A stretch of DNA of 63,979 nt, counting the filler, from Reticulomyxa filosa (taxonomy: Eukaryota; Protista; Foraminifera), in NCBI GenBank assembly GCA_000512085.1. It is 24 parts of 24 records of this genome, joined end to end, with 100 filler letters (N's around TTAATTAATTAA, not from the genome) between each part and the next. Parts side by side here need not be neighbours in the genome. Positions count along the whole stretch, not along the records: positions 8,695 to 16,924 come from ASPP01034177.1; positions 17,025 to 20,359 come from ASPP01022968.1; positions 20,460 to 22,706 come from ASPP01029262.1; positions 22,807 to 23,893 come from ASPP01004919.1; positions 23,994 to 25,406 come from ASPP01024159.1; 19 more parts are not named here. One strand, 5' to 3'. Numbering within the stretch: position 1 is the first letter of the stretch; the number at the start of each line of letters is the position of its first letter. Shown here piece by piece: positions 11,630 to 25,506 of this stretch. The translations under genes and the position numbers were made by a program. The notes under the pieces were generated by a model. That model saw only the letters and a program-made list of their open reading frames with translations. It ran no database searches and was not told the origin of the DNA.

Positions 11630-13117
11630 TCGTGATGAACACGATTGAAAATTTTTTTCTGAAAATATATCTCCTTTTTAAACCATTTTCTCGTTCATAA
11701 CACAAGTTTGTTATAAAATATGTCTGTTTTTAGTTTTCAAAATATGCAAATATCAGAATTTTTTAGCTTTAGTTGAAAATAGCTAGCATCAAATTCTAAA
11801 AAATTAGTAGCAGAACTTTTTTTTTATTATAGGAGCCACAAAAAGATTGCTCTAAAATGTCATGGTGAGAACACAAAAAAATCAAAAAGCAGCTTAGCCG
11901 AGCAAACTCAATAGTCAACAACAAGCGCGAAAATTCAACCGTACCTTTGAAGGATTCACAAAACAAACAAGACATTCCTTAACTCAAAACAAAAACAACG
12001 AAGTGACACAGCAGCTTGCTTTTGCGTGCGTCCTCGTTTCCTCTGTTGGATCCTAAATGTCGCACTGCACATCCCAACAAAACGGAAAAAAAAAAAAATC
12101 AAACAAAACAAAAAAAACAATTCATCATTTTTTGTGGAATTTTTTGGAAAAGCCTTTGTATTATCTTTGGTCTTTTCTCTTTTTCAGGTATTTCAATCAA
12201 ATAAGTGATCCACTTTGTATCAAGAATGTGCCCATATTTGTTGTAGTTGCTGTTCAGTGTGGTCCCCTTCATTCCAAAGTATTACAATAATTTGCCAACA
12301 ACTTCAAACCATAGCGTCTCCATCAAATTTTGTCATAACAAAGAGTTGTGTTTTTTAAATTAAGCCCAAATCTTCACACAAACAGAGCAAGAAAAACACA
12401 AAAAAATTAGTGATTCACACATGCTCATCTGACCAAACAACAAGGCAAAAAAACTTGACAAATAGGAATATGTAAAAGTAATAAAAATTGGAGACAAAAA
12501 AAAAACAAAAATATGTTTTTGTTTGCGGTTTGTGCAATACATCAATTAGATGATTTCACAAAAGAAACTTGCAAAACTAACAAACAAAGAAAAACACACA
12601 CAAATCGAATAAAAGTAAGGCAAAACAACAACCAAGTTAAAAGTGTGGAAAGAGGCAAGATTATATCCTCTTTGATAAAAACACAAGATTAAATCTATAA
12701 CTTTGACCAAAAACACAAAACAAAACAAAACAAAAAAATTTTAAAAAAAAAAATAAAATGAATTTCTTTTGCTTATTGAGAGAAAACAAACTTTTATTTT
12801 TTCTCCTGTTTAACGATAAAAATATAAAGTTTTGATGACGCTCTCTGTAGGCGATGTTTGTGAACACTGTTGTTCGTGTGTTGTGTGTATTTTTTTCATT
12901 TGTGTTTTGTATAATCACACGCTTCCAAGCAAGCTCTACTTTTGGTACTGACACACGTGTTTATCGTAGCGCTTTTTTTATTTTTTATTTTCCCTTTCTT
13001 ATCTTTCGTTTTTTTTCTTCACCCCTTATTTGGGGGTTTGTTGCTTCTTGTTATCGTTGCGAATTCTTATACATATATATGTGTATGTGCATATGATACA
13101 AAGCCAAAATTTCAACA

Positions 13118-16100
13118 TCAAATCTGAAATAAACATAAATATTCATTTGCCTTATTGTTAACTTTATCAAAGTTGGTATGATGATTGTTCTTCCAATTAC
13201 CATATTCCTGAGTTAAGCCATTCACGGTTAAATCGCCATCCATACCAAATGTATTGCCAAATGTGTTTGGAGTTTCAAATTGGGATTGGACAGCACTTGA
13301 GCGTTGAGCACGCATTTGAGCATTGGAATAGGCTTCCTTTTCGTCAATAGATCCGTGCATATTGGGTAAACTCATATTAATGTTATTATTGGATTCCTCC
13401 ATTCCAAGTTGCGACTGTGACTGAGATTGCGACTGCGACTGCGATTGGGATTGAGTGTGGGGTTGCGATTGGGAGTGCGACTGGCTATAGGTCATACCCA
13501 TATATCCTTGGTGTGACAAATCGCCATCGTCTTGCGTCAGTTGTTGTGTCAGCATGCCTCCCTGGTCCATTCCTTTGTGACCGTGTGCGTGCATTTGCGA
13601 TTGCGATGGAGCTTGTGATTCGTTTTCGTTTGTGTTTTCTCCTTTGTGTGTTCTTTGTCGATGAGTCGCGCTGCCGCCACTCTCTTTTTCACGTTCTCGC
13701 TCTTTTCGATCGTCGGGAATGAATCCAGGATATGCATAATTGAATGTTTGTTGCGATATGTCATTACGTTGTTGAGACATTGCAAAATGGCCTACTCAAA
13801 ACACGCATAAAAAATAAACAATTTGCAAAAGTTTTCTCTAATCTCTTCAAATATGATATATTTATATATGTATATATTTAATTCAACCTGGCGGACGAAT
13901 ACCACCAGAAGCCATCGATGCAGTATAGGAATGCAAAGATGCTCCACTTTCGCTTAATGTGCCCAGTTGTGACTGCGGAGCATTTCCTCCGCTGTTTGTT
14001 GCCAAAGTGTTATAGGCCAATGGCACAGCAGCGGCCCCAGCCCCTCCGTAATACATGCCAGAGAATTCATTTCTGTTGCCATAGCCTTGGACTCCGTGGG
14101 ATGTTAGATCGATGGCTTGTCCAGGTATTGGCGCACCATATGTTCGCGGCATCACTCGCATCAATTGCAAAGACTTACTGTAATACTTTCTGGGACGACT
14201 CAAAGCCATCATTGATTGCTTCAAATTCTCCAAAGTGCCTTCCACAAGCAACCCGTTTTGTTTAAAGTGATTCAACAAATTGTGCCAAAGAATTTGTCGT
14301 GATAAGACACTGGGATTGCCAATGATGACAATGCCAAATTTGGCACGTGTGAGAGCGACATTGAGCCTTCTCGGATCATTCAAAAACCCAATGCCCTGGT
14401 GGTTATTACTGCGGACACAAGATAAAATAATATAATCTTTTTCACGCCCTTGAAACGCGTCCACACTGGCGACTTCAATCATTTCGTACATGGACGACTT
14501 CAACGTTCCATTTCGCAACATGTAATTTACAATATATTGTCTTTGTCCTTCGTAAGGTGTAATAATACCAATTTGAGAAGGTTTGAGTCCGGCCTTCAAT
14601 ACTTTGGTAACCATTTTTTCAACATTTTGCGCTTCGACACGGTTTAGATACGAAGTACCACTCGATGCGAATTCCTCTCTTCCAACACTGCAATAGAAAA
14701 ACATTGGCATTTCTGGATTGGGCCAAAACTCTTTCAATGCTTCGCACGTTCGATCTTCTTTGGTCACTCCGTTTTGCAACGATCCTTCATAAAAACTGTT
14801 ACTGCTAAATACACTCAAACATGGATGCATTCGGTATTGCACTTGCAGTCGAATTGGTCGAATGTTGATCAAAATCAATCGCTCAAACAATGATCGCTGC
14901 AATCCTGCATTGGCTGCTTTTTTACACATGATGACAGGACCTAATTGGCAATGGTCTCCAACTAAAACCACTTGTTTGGCACCTCGAACAATTGGGATTA
15001 GACACTCTGGCTCTGTCGCTTGTGTGGATTCATCAATCAGTACCTGCTTGAATCGAAAGTCTCGCAATCGTCGATCTCCTGCACCAACGCATGTGCAGCA
15101 TATTACATCTGCGCTTTGCAACAACTTTATTTCCGTTTGTTCAATCAAGCGTCGATACGTCTTGCTATCTTTTTCACTCAGCTCTCCCATTTTCATTTTC
15201 AATTGGTGCCACTTCCAAAGTTCACTGTTTTCCAACTCCGCCACTTGAATCACCAAGTTATGCAGCGACAAAAAATCGACTGGACTGTTCACAGCCTCCC
15301 TTGACTTGGCACAAACTCGCACCACTTTCAGACCCGTCAAATGAATTGTCATTGTCAAATGATCCACTGCAATATTGCTCGGTGCAGCCACCAGCACTTG
15401 TCCTTGTCCTTGCTTTGCCAAGTGATACACAATCGTCGCAGATGTCACTGTCTTCCCAGTGCCAGGAGGTCCTTGGATCAACGATAAGGGCTGCTGCAAG
15501 CAATGTCGGACTGCTGCAATTTGAGATAAGTTCAGCTGCGGTAATCCAGGAGCAGTAAAATTTGTTGGCATCTCTGAAGAGGAAGAGGATCAGAACAAAC
15601 AAATAAATAAATAAGGACGTATAAAAAAAAAAAAAAGGAATAATAATAACAAAATAAAATGTTACCGCATTCGATTCTTTGTGGGACGACTTCATGGCCC
15701 ATGAGTAAATGATATAGATAAGCAGTAACGGAATATTCGTCAACAATTAGAGTTTTCATTGCTTTTTGCATTCGATCAAAGGACGTCGATTTCCACACAA
15801 ATTCCATTCGATAGCCTGTAGTGACGTCCGTAGGAGCGTCCACTAAGCTGTGCTCTCGCAACAGTAATGTAATTTCAGAGTTCAAATCGTCAATATGCGA
15901 CACCACGCCTGTGGCTTCCCAACGTTTCCGAACCATATCTCCGGGATATACCATTCGCAATTCATCCCCTGGCACTATGCGTAACTCAATGTCCATACGA
16001 CCACGAGGCAAAGCGAAATGGATCACTCGTTTTTTGCTCAAGTTGTAATCCCATCGCAAAGATATGCCGTCTTGTGCCTTTTCAAAGACAAAAAAAAAAC

Positions 16101-16924
16101 TCATTTATAATGAAATAAAATGATTTTCTTTGTTATTTTTTTAAAAAAATTCAATAAATAAATATCCCAACCTGTGATTCTTTCATTTTTTTATCGTAAT
16201 CTGCTTCTAACATGATAAGTGGCAAATAAACAGATTGAAAGTCTTGTGCGTCTTTGTACATAATTCGGACCACTTTAACTTCTTCCTCGACGTTGATGGG
16301 GGCTTGCAGATCTTCCAACTTGGCCTTTGAATTTTTTTTCCACAACTCTTCGAGTTTCATCATTTGCTCGGCAGTAACGCTCCTTGCCTTCAAAACTTCT
16401 TCTGGAGAAGGGATTTTGACAATCCAGTCCAACAACTGGCGATCTCGAATTAATGGTTGCCACGCGTCTGCGTCCCACTCCATTTCTTTTAGATTTGGGA
16501 TGCGCAAGCATTGCTCTCGACACAACAAAACCACAATCGATTCGCTCGTTGCCGGAACGAACCCCAATAAGAATATGTTGCGAATCCCACAATTGTAACA
16601 CTCCAAAGATGTCTCACCCACTTGTGAGTCTTTGTGTAGTGATATTTGCCGATGCTTCGAACGCACCAAATGATGGATTATATGTGCACCTGATCATTTC
16701 CAATGTGTGTATGTGTGTTTTTTTTTATATACTTCTTTTTTTTTTTTTTTTTTTTTTTAAAAAAAAGAAACATACATATAAATACATATACATATGTATT
16801 TATGTATATGTATATACATAAATATTTGTTATAAATGTATACACCCACATTCGACACACCTGAAGTCTTGCCTCTGGAATTACAAAACCATTTGTTGCAC
16901 ATGTCGCACTTGACAACACATTGT
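13118..16924 (-). CDS. UPF1: Regulator of nonsense transcripts 1, SF1 RNA helicase (multi-exon, 5' partial)
   Basis: CH domain [10 protein letters not shown] / LECYNCG, Walker [56 protein letters not shown], and an SQ-rich C-terminal exon. Confidence 0.98.
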
Positions 16925-17024
16925 NNNNNNNNNNNNNNNNNNNNNNNNNNNNNNNNNNNNNNNNNNNNTTAATTAATTAANNNNNNNNNNNNNNNNNNNN
17001 NNNNNNNNNNNNNNNNNNNNNNNN

Positions 17025-17115
17025 TTGTGTCTGGAAAATTTCCCATGGGCTCCACACTTGGAGCTGGAACAGGTGATGAACCTCTCAAGTCATTTAGCTC
17101 CACACTCGTATCCAT
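17025..17115 (-). CDS. 5' end of a gene, possibly the UPF1 N-terminus across the linker
   Basis: ATG at 17115 (MDTSVELNDLRGSSPVPAPSVEPMGNFPDT) runs to the contig edge in the same orientation as the 5'-truncated UPF1. Confidence 0.4.
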
Positions 17116-17579
17116 TTGGAAAATAAATGCGTCTTGTGAGACGTCCTGCTGGTTTTTCCTGTTTCTGTTTTTCAATCAAAAAATTAAACCTCAGTGACAA
17201 TTGTAAAAAAATGTACATAATTTTTTCATATAATCTTTATTTGTTTCAAGATTTAAAGATTGAGAACCAACTAGAATATAATATCACACAAAAGTAGTAA
17301 GTAATAAAAAAGCATTTTCAATTTTATTTAGACGCAATATTATGTAATTATAATGACAGTCGTTTTTGATACCCAATAATAAGATAAATCGAAAAACATA
17401 TTCAGTGATAATAACAAAGATTAGACACTACATAAAAAAAAATTTTTAACATAATCATATTCAAAAATATAAATGAAAATTTAGTAATAATCAAAATAAT
17501 TTAGAACATAAAAAATGTATATTATATGTTAATTTATTTGATGTAATAATTGTTATCATTTGACAATTATATCAACATA

Positions 17580-18205
17580 ATTATAAACAATATTATTGAA
17601 TGAAAACAATTCATAATTTTTTAATTGATATTATTATCAAATATACAGTATAATGCAAAATAAAGTTGGCACATAAAACGGCACCTTATAGAGATTATTG
17701 ATTTTCTTCCTGAAAAAACAACATTCAGACATAATTTTTTAAAAATATCTACAATCGTAGTTTTTAAATATAATTTTGGATTTAGTTTTTATTAAATATT
17801 TACTAATTGTTTAAAAAATTTTAATATTTTATTGATTTTTGAAAATTTTCAAGAAAAAGTTGACAATAATGCCTTTGTCGTAACAATAAAATTTGACAAC
17901 TTTTCTTTAGCATTTTCAGAAAGTGTTCAATGTGTAGATATTTGTAAAAAAATAATGACGAAGTGTTAAATAATTATGAAAGATATAATAAAAAACTAAA
18001 TTCAAAATGATATTTAAAAACTACACTATTTGTAGATATTTAAAAAAATTAAATCTGAATGTTGTTTTTTCATTAAAAAAAGCAATCATATATATAATTT
18101 ACCGTTTTATGTTTCAACTTTATTTTGCATTATACTGTATAATTGATAATTTAATAATAAATTTTTTAATTTATTTTATTATCAACTAATATGTAAATAT
18201 AATAA
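17580..18205. repeat. Long degenerate inverted repeat (palindrome) centred near 17880-17890
   Basis: 17642-17668 is the exact reverse complement of 18115-18141, and 17712-17729 of 18054-18071. Inner arms 17853-17866 / 17893-17905 also pair. Confidence 0.9.
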
Positions 18206-19480
18206 TACTGTAGTGATGAGTGATGTTAAAAAAGATAAATATTTGTATATAATTGCTAGCTTGCAAATGCAAAAGATAAATATGAAATATATTGTATATA
18301 TTATATAAATTTGATTTGTTCATTCTTTGACTACGTATTTGATATTATTGTTTCATTAGATGTTACATTGTATCATACAATCGACGACATGTTCGCATTA
18401 TTAATAGTTTTTTTTAAATTGATCTCTATTTCAAATATTAAACAACATTTATAAGTGTATAATATATTTATATAATTATGTATAAATATATCTGCAAACA
18501 AAAAACTTGAATTTTGCACTTGTGTTAGATTTTTCATTTAATATATTGACTTTATGACATGTATATTTGTTTGAACAACATATACGATATATAATTAATT
18601 TTTTTTTACAAAAGAAAGGTTTAAGTGTGAACACATATATACAAACCAGTTGAAGAACAAATATTGCAAAATTTGATTACTTCCAGATTATAAATTACAT
18701 ATAAATTAAATTGAATATAAAACTTGATTTGATGTTAATTTCCGTTGACAATTGTCAAAGCTTTTGTAAATTTCTGAAAACGTCTTCAATATCTTCAACA
18801 AAACGTCATTTATCTACGTATATTTATTTATAGTCAGCAATTATTTGTGTTGCACGAACACTGTTGATATTCCAAAAATTAGTACTAACATAAATGTTAT
18901 AATATCTTTTTTCAAAATCTTTTCATGGTTGCCCCTTTACTTTTTTTGAACCAAACCAAAGTTGTTGACATTATTTCTTTCCAAACTTTTCCTTTTTCTT
19001 CTGCCTTTGAGCACAACATTTAGATTTTAATAGCTTTGGGCAACAAACTCAATACAGACTGAATGTGTTTCAAAATAGGGAACAGCTGCAGATGCGCATG
19101 ATCTGAGTTTTTTGTACATCAGAATTTGACAAGTTACCAAATGGCGACAAAAGATTTGTTGTTGTGTGACTGAGATTTTTTTTTGGAATTGGACAACAAT
19201 AGTGCCGTTATTAAAAACAAACAAAAAAGACTGCCAATAATACAATAACAAACAACACAGACGCATTGTTTAATCTGAATCAGAATTTGGGAGATCAAGC
19301 AATCGAAAATAGAGTCAGCAAATGGTTACACAAACAAAGCGTGTATAAAATATCTAAATAATGCAATAATCAATCTCAAAGAATGACATTGTATTGAAGA
19401 AAATGCCAAAGGATAAAAGAAAAAGGAACAACAAGATAAAAACAGCAGCAAAAGCAATAGAAGAATATGTTACTATGCAG

Positions 19481-20309
19481 CTAATCAATATCTTCCATAT
19501 CATCATTTTCTTCTTCCTCTTCTTCTTTCGGATGCCTTTCACGTGCCAACATTTTGTCAACCTCATCATGGAGATCTTTACATTTATCTTGGAGCACAGC
19601 TATTGCTTCAGGAAGCAATTCCCTTACATCATATTGCCCAATAGATTCTATTGAAACTAAATTAAAAATCAAAATTTTTTTTTTTTTTTTTTAATTTGAA
19701 TAGTATAATTTTACATCAGAGATTATGTACACGTAATTGAAAAGCTAAACTATACTTTTGGTTTTTTTTTTTTTTTTTTTAAAAAAAAAACTTAACAATA
19801 AAATGATTTCGTTTTCTTCTCAATTTGATTTTGTCTTTCATTTCGGCCTTGCTGATACACTCACGACACATGGTACAATCTCTTGGCCTACTAACTTTTA
19901 GGCCATGCCCATTTTTTGCAATATCTTCAATATCAAAGACATTCATAGGGCAAACATTTTTTAAATACAAAGCGTCGTTATTCGTGAGCAATTCATCATC
20001 GATTACAATTTCGGGCAACAGTCGGTAAAAAGCCGTTCCAACTGGACTCCACTTCGAGTGTGTTTTTCCAACTCCTCGTTTAGCTTTCATCCAGCATTCG
20101 ATTGTTTGTCCCGGACGCAATTTCGCAACTATAATGTCATCATGGACCATTGGGATGGCCTTCGCCATGGCGGTCCACCACTCTGTACTTTTCGGTCCAT
20201 CAGTGTCTTCTAATTTCATCTCTGGTATTGAAATCTCTAGTTCCTTCATTCTGTCAATTTGTCCAGGCTGAGGAACCCATTCAATATCTCCGGAATACAC
20301 TATTTTCAT
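19481..20309 (-). CDS. POLR1C: RNA polymerase I/III subunit RPAC1 (RPC40), 5' partial
   Basis: DIIVAKLRPGQ, GVGKTHSKWSPVGTAFYRLLPEI, CPMNVFDIED, RPRDCTMCREC, NHFI|SIESIG. Confidence 0.95.
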
Positions 20310-20459
20310 TACAAAAAGATTTTTTTTTTTTTTCTCCCCCTTTTTTTTTTTTTTTTTTTNNNNNNNNNNNNNNNNNNNNNNNNNNNNNNNNNNNNNNNNN
20401 NNNTTAATTAATTAANNNNNNNNNNNNNNNNNNNNNNNNNNNNNNNNNNNNNNNNNNNN

Positions 20460-20497
<38 letters not shown>

Positions 20498-21024
20498 GTG
20501 ATAAGAAAGACAAGAGCGTTTGGTTATTAGCATGTGTGTGTGGCTTGTGTTTGAAAAGGTGTGTTTTTTTTTGTTGGTGTTGCTTCTTCCCTTTGCTGGT
20601 CTCTTGTGTACACTGCATATGTTTTGTCTACATTGCCGTTGTGTGTATTGGTGACTTTTTTTGTTCGTCAATGGAATGTACAGCGTTGTTTTTTAAGTGT
20701 TTCAGTTTCAAACGAAAAAAAACAACTGCATTCATAACCATCAATAATTTTTTGTTTCCATTTTTTACAATTGCGCATCTTTTCGTTCAAACCATTTTTT
20801 TAAGCAAAAAAAAAACGATGCAAGTATCAGACAACAAACCCGTTTTTTTATTTAAATAATAAACTATCATGTCTCAAATTATGCCCAAAAACAGACAAAG
20901 TACTTTGAAAAAATAATAGAAGAAAAAACACAATTAACAATCCATTCAATTTTCATACATTATCCATCAAGTAAAAAAATGTTGCAAAAATTGATGTTTT
21001 CGTTCACTTATTTTGTTTGATATT

Positions 21025-21770
21025 GGGATGGCCCCCTTTGAGTAATGGCCAAAATGAAGTGTTGCGGAAATTTTGAAGCGTCGCTACAGAAAATAAAAGA
21101 TAGCAAGGTTTTGGAGGTTCACGATTTTGAATATGAAGAAATCTTTGAAAGTTATTTCGACGACACTTTTCTGACTGTTACAAACGTCGATCGGTTTAAG
21201 AAGAACAATAAGAAAAGAAAAAATTGGTTAAGATACGAGAAATAGAATAATGAAGAAGAGAAAGTGTTTGTCAGTTTGTACAAACTACGCGCATGTGGGC
21301 AAAGTTTGGTGTCAAATGACATGTAAGAATGGTTGTGTGGAAAAAAAAAGTAAGTAAAACATTGTCGCTTAATTATGCAATCGTAATTACGTATGCAAGC
21401 AACGAAATGGGGACGAAATCTTGCCATTCTCGCGTTTTTCTCATGACATGAATCGGAGACATGATGAAAGAGAAGTTTAGTTTCAAGTTTTTTTTATTTC
21501 TTTTTTCGTGTGCAAAAACTTTTTTTTTACGTATATTAAAAAAAAAAAAATTATTTTTAGGATGAAATCATTGATTGCAGACTTCTTCAGGTTTTGCGTG
21601 TGGATTGAATAAAGTTCGTGGGAGACTTCGCATATACGGCAAGTGCACTGTCTCAAAACATTTGTAAAGTCATCGTTAAACGATAATAGTGACTGTCAAT
21701 GCAGAATTTCTTCTTTCACAGCACCATTCCCGGGAAAGCGCGCAAATTATAATGAGAGCTTTGATATTGC
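21025..21770 (+). pseudogene. Disrupted coding remnant, possibly pyridoxamine-5'-phosphate-oxidase-like FMN-binding
   Basis: Fragments LNKVRGRLRIYGKCTV and SFTAPFPGK, with multiple stops and frameshifts. Similarity is weak. Confidence 0.3.
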
Positions 21771-22986
21771 TAAAACATCAATTGGTGTATGAAGAAAAAA
21801 ACATAAACAAATCAAGTTGTTAAATTGCTTCAATTGCAATGTTATTTTTTTTTTTTGTTATTGTATTTGTAATTGTTGTTTCATCTTGTTGAGTTATTGA
21901 CTAATTCAATGACATTTTAATCTTTCAAAATCTGATACAGGACTTGCTGCTATTTTTGGATTCAGTCATAGTACTTGCAGAAGCATGTATTCGTTTGGCT
22001 TTTCTATTTTCTCTTACAGGGCAACTTGACAAGTCGTTGAATCTCTCTCGAAATATCCTTAAATATTTTTAAAAAATTAATTGGGAATATGGATGATTCC
22101 GTTGGTAAAAAAGCTTTGGCTTTAATATTTTTGTTTTAAAGAAAAAATGATTTGAAAGTGGCACTCACATATTCGGAAGAGTCATGGGGAATAGAGAGTC
22201 GAGTATCAGGAAAGTGGAATAAAGAAACACAGAAAAAATTAAAGCTTTGAGTGCAAATGTTGAACGAACAAGAAAAAACATTCTTTTTTTTGTACTGCAA
22301 AAGCTTATGAAAGTGATGTCACTGAATAAAATATCTCAGTCAAAGTCCTCTTTGTAAATAACAATTACAACTCGAATTTTGATTTTGACAAAGTACTTGT
22401 TCCACTTTTCAAAAGTTCAAGACCTGTTGTATTGGCTCAACGCACATTTGGACTGTTCAAAAACATCAGTCTTATTTTTGATTTGTTATTAAAATAATAA
22501 AGAGAATGCAAAAATTTTATTTTTTTCCTGCAATAACAATAAGTTATTTCAATTAGCGAGTTTGGAAACACTTTTGAAAAAAAAGAGAAAAACAATCAAA
22601 AATAATCAATAAATGCTATTGAAAGCAAAATATATCATTTCTACAAATTTTTTTGGTGATTGAACAAATAAACACTTTTGATAAGACTAAAGAGAAAATC
22701 GAAGTTNNNNNNNNNNNNNNNNNNNNNNNNNNNNNNNNNNNNNNNNNNNNTTAATTAATTAANNNNNNNNNNNNNNNNNNNNNNNNNNNNNNNNNNNNNN
22801 NNNNNNCACACACACACACACACACACATACATTTTGCATTTATTAACATAATATGTACATATATGTATATATGTATATGTAAATGTATGTACGCATTTC
22901 CATTTCCATGGAAACAAAGAGAAAAAAAGAATGAAAGGAAACTTCTGCCGCCAAAGTTCAATTTAAACTTTTTGCCAATTCGGAAG

Positions 22987-23478
22987 TGGGGAATACCACG
23001 AGTAGGCATTTTGGTAGGTTGCTGTGGAAGGCTGCGTGTTGGTACTTTGGCTGATGTTATGTCATTTACAATCCAATCTTCTCTCTCTCTCTCTCTTTTT
23101 TTTTTTTTTAAAAAAAAAAACAGAACTTGGCTTTCGAGTGGGATTAGGGGTGACAGGGTGTTGAGTGGGGAAGACAGTCGGGTGCGTTGGCATTTGCGTG
23201 GGATAGCGCGTTGGAACTTGCGTTGGCAGTGTTGGGACCTTTGTGGGCATGGCAGTGGGCAAAGTAGGAATTTTTGTGGGATGACGCGTTGGAGGGAGCG
23301 TAGGTGATCGAGAAGGTTTTGGCGTCGTTGGGGCACCAGTTGGAAAAGCTGTTGGCAGTGTGGGTAATTGAGTGGGTTTGTGCGTGGGCGGAACACTGGG
23401 TATTCGAGTCGGATGTTTTGTTGGAGTAGCTATTCACATATACATATATTATATATAAATAAATTATATATATATATA

Positions 23479-23509
<31 letters not shown>

Positions 23510-23860
23510 GTACATATATGTATATATTAGTGAAAAGTATTCAAAACTGGTCGGCTTTTGGTTGGATGAAGAGTGGGACTTTGGTAGGACGAGAAGTGGG
23601 TTGGAGGGTAGGAAGACCTGTAGGAGATTTGGTGGGTTGTTTTGTTGGAAATGCTGTAGGATGCTTAGTGGGGAGATGGGTTGGGGACATCGTGGGATAT
23701 CGCGTCGGCAGCGTCGGCAACTGCGTTGGATGCTTCGTTGGGTGTTTGGTCGGCCTTAGTGTCGGGTGTTTCGTGGGAAATTTTGTTGGCTGGTCCGTTG
23801 GATTTTTCGTTGGTCTTGCTGTTGGACTTGCTGTTGGCGCAGTCGAAGGCGACCACGCTG
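22987..23860 (-). CDS. Pro/Thr-rich (xxPT)n mucin-like protein, internal fragment
   Basis: The minus frame reads PTASPTARPTKNPTDQPTKFPTKHPT... across several exons separated by (AT)n and (GA)n introns. Confidence 0.8.
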
Positions 23861-23993
23861 TATTTTATAATCGAGTCAACACATATGTACATANNNNNNN
23901 NNNNNNNNNNNNNNNNNNNNNNNNNNNNNNNNNNNNNTTAATTAATTAANNNNNNNNNNNNNNNNNNNNNNNNNNNNNNNNNNNNNNNNNNNN

Positions 23994-24470
23994 ATTATTA
24001 TTATTATTATTATTATCATTATTATTATTATTATTATTAGCTAAAAGGTCATTCGAGTTTACATCTTTCATGGCTGCATCGCCATCTTTTGAATTGACTC
24101 GATTTGATTCGGCCTTTTGTTCTGGTGTGTTTATAAAAGCTCGTTGCAATTTTGTAGATGCCTTTCGACGCAACAGACTACTCAATGCACTGACTGTCCT
24201 TCGGTTCAAATCAAAGTCAGACTCTTTTGGCACCTCTTTCTTCAATGAGTAGCCCTTCCCCACCAAAGTGCGGATCTTCTTGGCCAGTGGCGACGTGTTG
24301 ACCTTCTTCGAATGGGTCGCTTTTGTCGTCTTCTTTTCTGTCTTGTGCTTCACTTTCAACTGATTTTGCTTTTTTCCTTTGTTCTTCGCATGCAGCGCTT
24401 TCATATTTTGCTTCACCGTTTTTTTCGGTGCTACTGCTGATTGGTTCTGTTGCTTTGGCTATCCCCCCCC
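23994..24470 (-). CDS. Lys/Asn-rich unknown protein (partial)
   Basis: Open frame of about 150 aa running into an (AAT)n tract at the contig edge. Confidence 0.5.
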
Positions 24471-24915
24471 CCCCCAGTTATTTGTTTGTTTTTTTTTTGT
24501 TACTGTTTGAAAAGTTAGTATAGAAGGGAGAGGCGACAGTGAATGTGGCAAAAATGATAAGTAATAATGCATTACCATTCTTTGGAGAAATTATGTTGGT
24601 GAAGGAATTAAAAAGTTCAAATACAATGATGCCTGATGGGAAAAAATTTTATTGAGTTTTACTTAGTAGCCTCCTCTGAACTTTGCTTCAAAATATGTTT
24701 ACTGACAATTTCGATTGAAGATTTTGGAATAATAAGGAAATTAGAAATCAAACATTCAATGGCCACAAACACCAAATCATATTTTCTCTTAGCAAAAATT
24801 GGATCAGAATAGTACTGAAAAAATGCCTACTTCTCTAATCGGGAACAAAATATGTAATTTGTTTTGTGTGACTCACAAGCAAACTTTTCAAAAAAAAAAA
24901 AAAGGGGGAAAAATC

Positions 24916-25365
24916 ATGTCTGCACAAAAACAGAACAATATCTTTTCCGGAGCCGACAGCAAGTTTAGAACCTTATATGAGGAGACGGCGAAAATATTGG
25001 AAGGGATATCAAACATAACAAAGAAAGAAAAAAGAAAGAAATTTGATAAATTTCTGGAGGAGTCGAGGGGCCAGTACAAAGAGAATGTGGTCTTCGAGCC
25101 GGAGATGCACGCTTGTATATTTGGAGTACTGGCATTTCAAGAATCAATGAAAAAAAAAGACAGGAAAAGCGAGAGAAAAAAGGGAAGCAAAAACAAAAGC
25201 CACAAAAGCAAAATTACTTGGAAATGTTTTGCGAGCACTTTGCAAAAATGGAAAAAGAACCTGTCTCTACGAATGGTGTTGACATGCGTATTTGCGAAGC
25301 ACTGAAAGCCTGCTTTACCGCATTTGACATAAAGTGGAAGGATGCAACGCTAATAGACGAGCAAG

Positions 25366-25366
<1 letters not shown>
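24916..25366 (+). CDS. Unknown protein, 5' part (frameshift in A-run near 25155)
   Basis: MSAQKQNNIFSG.. continues in a second frame as QNYLEMFCEHFAKMEK.. Confidence 0.5.
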
Positions 25367-25406
<40 letters not shown>

Positions 25407-25506
25407 NNNNNNNNNNNNNNNNNNNNNNNNNNNNNNNNNNNNNNNNNNNNTTAATTAATTAANNNNNNNNNNNNNNNNNNNNNNNNNNNNNNNNNNNNNN
25501 NNNNNN

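Noticed and set aside
14450-15746. Multiple alternative-frame ORFs over UPF1
   Set aside because: Shadows of a conserved coding region.
23368-23893. Plus-strand (VGxx)n ORF
   Set aside because: Antisense shadow of the xxPT coding frame.
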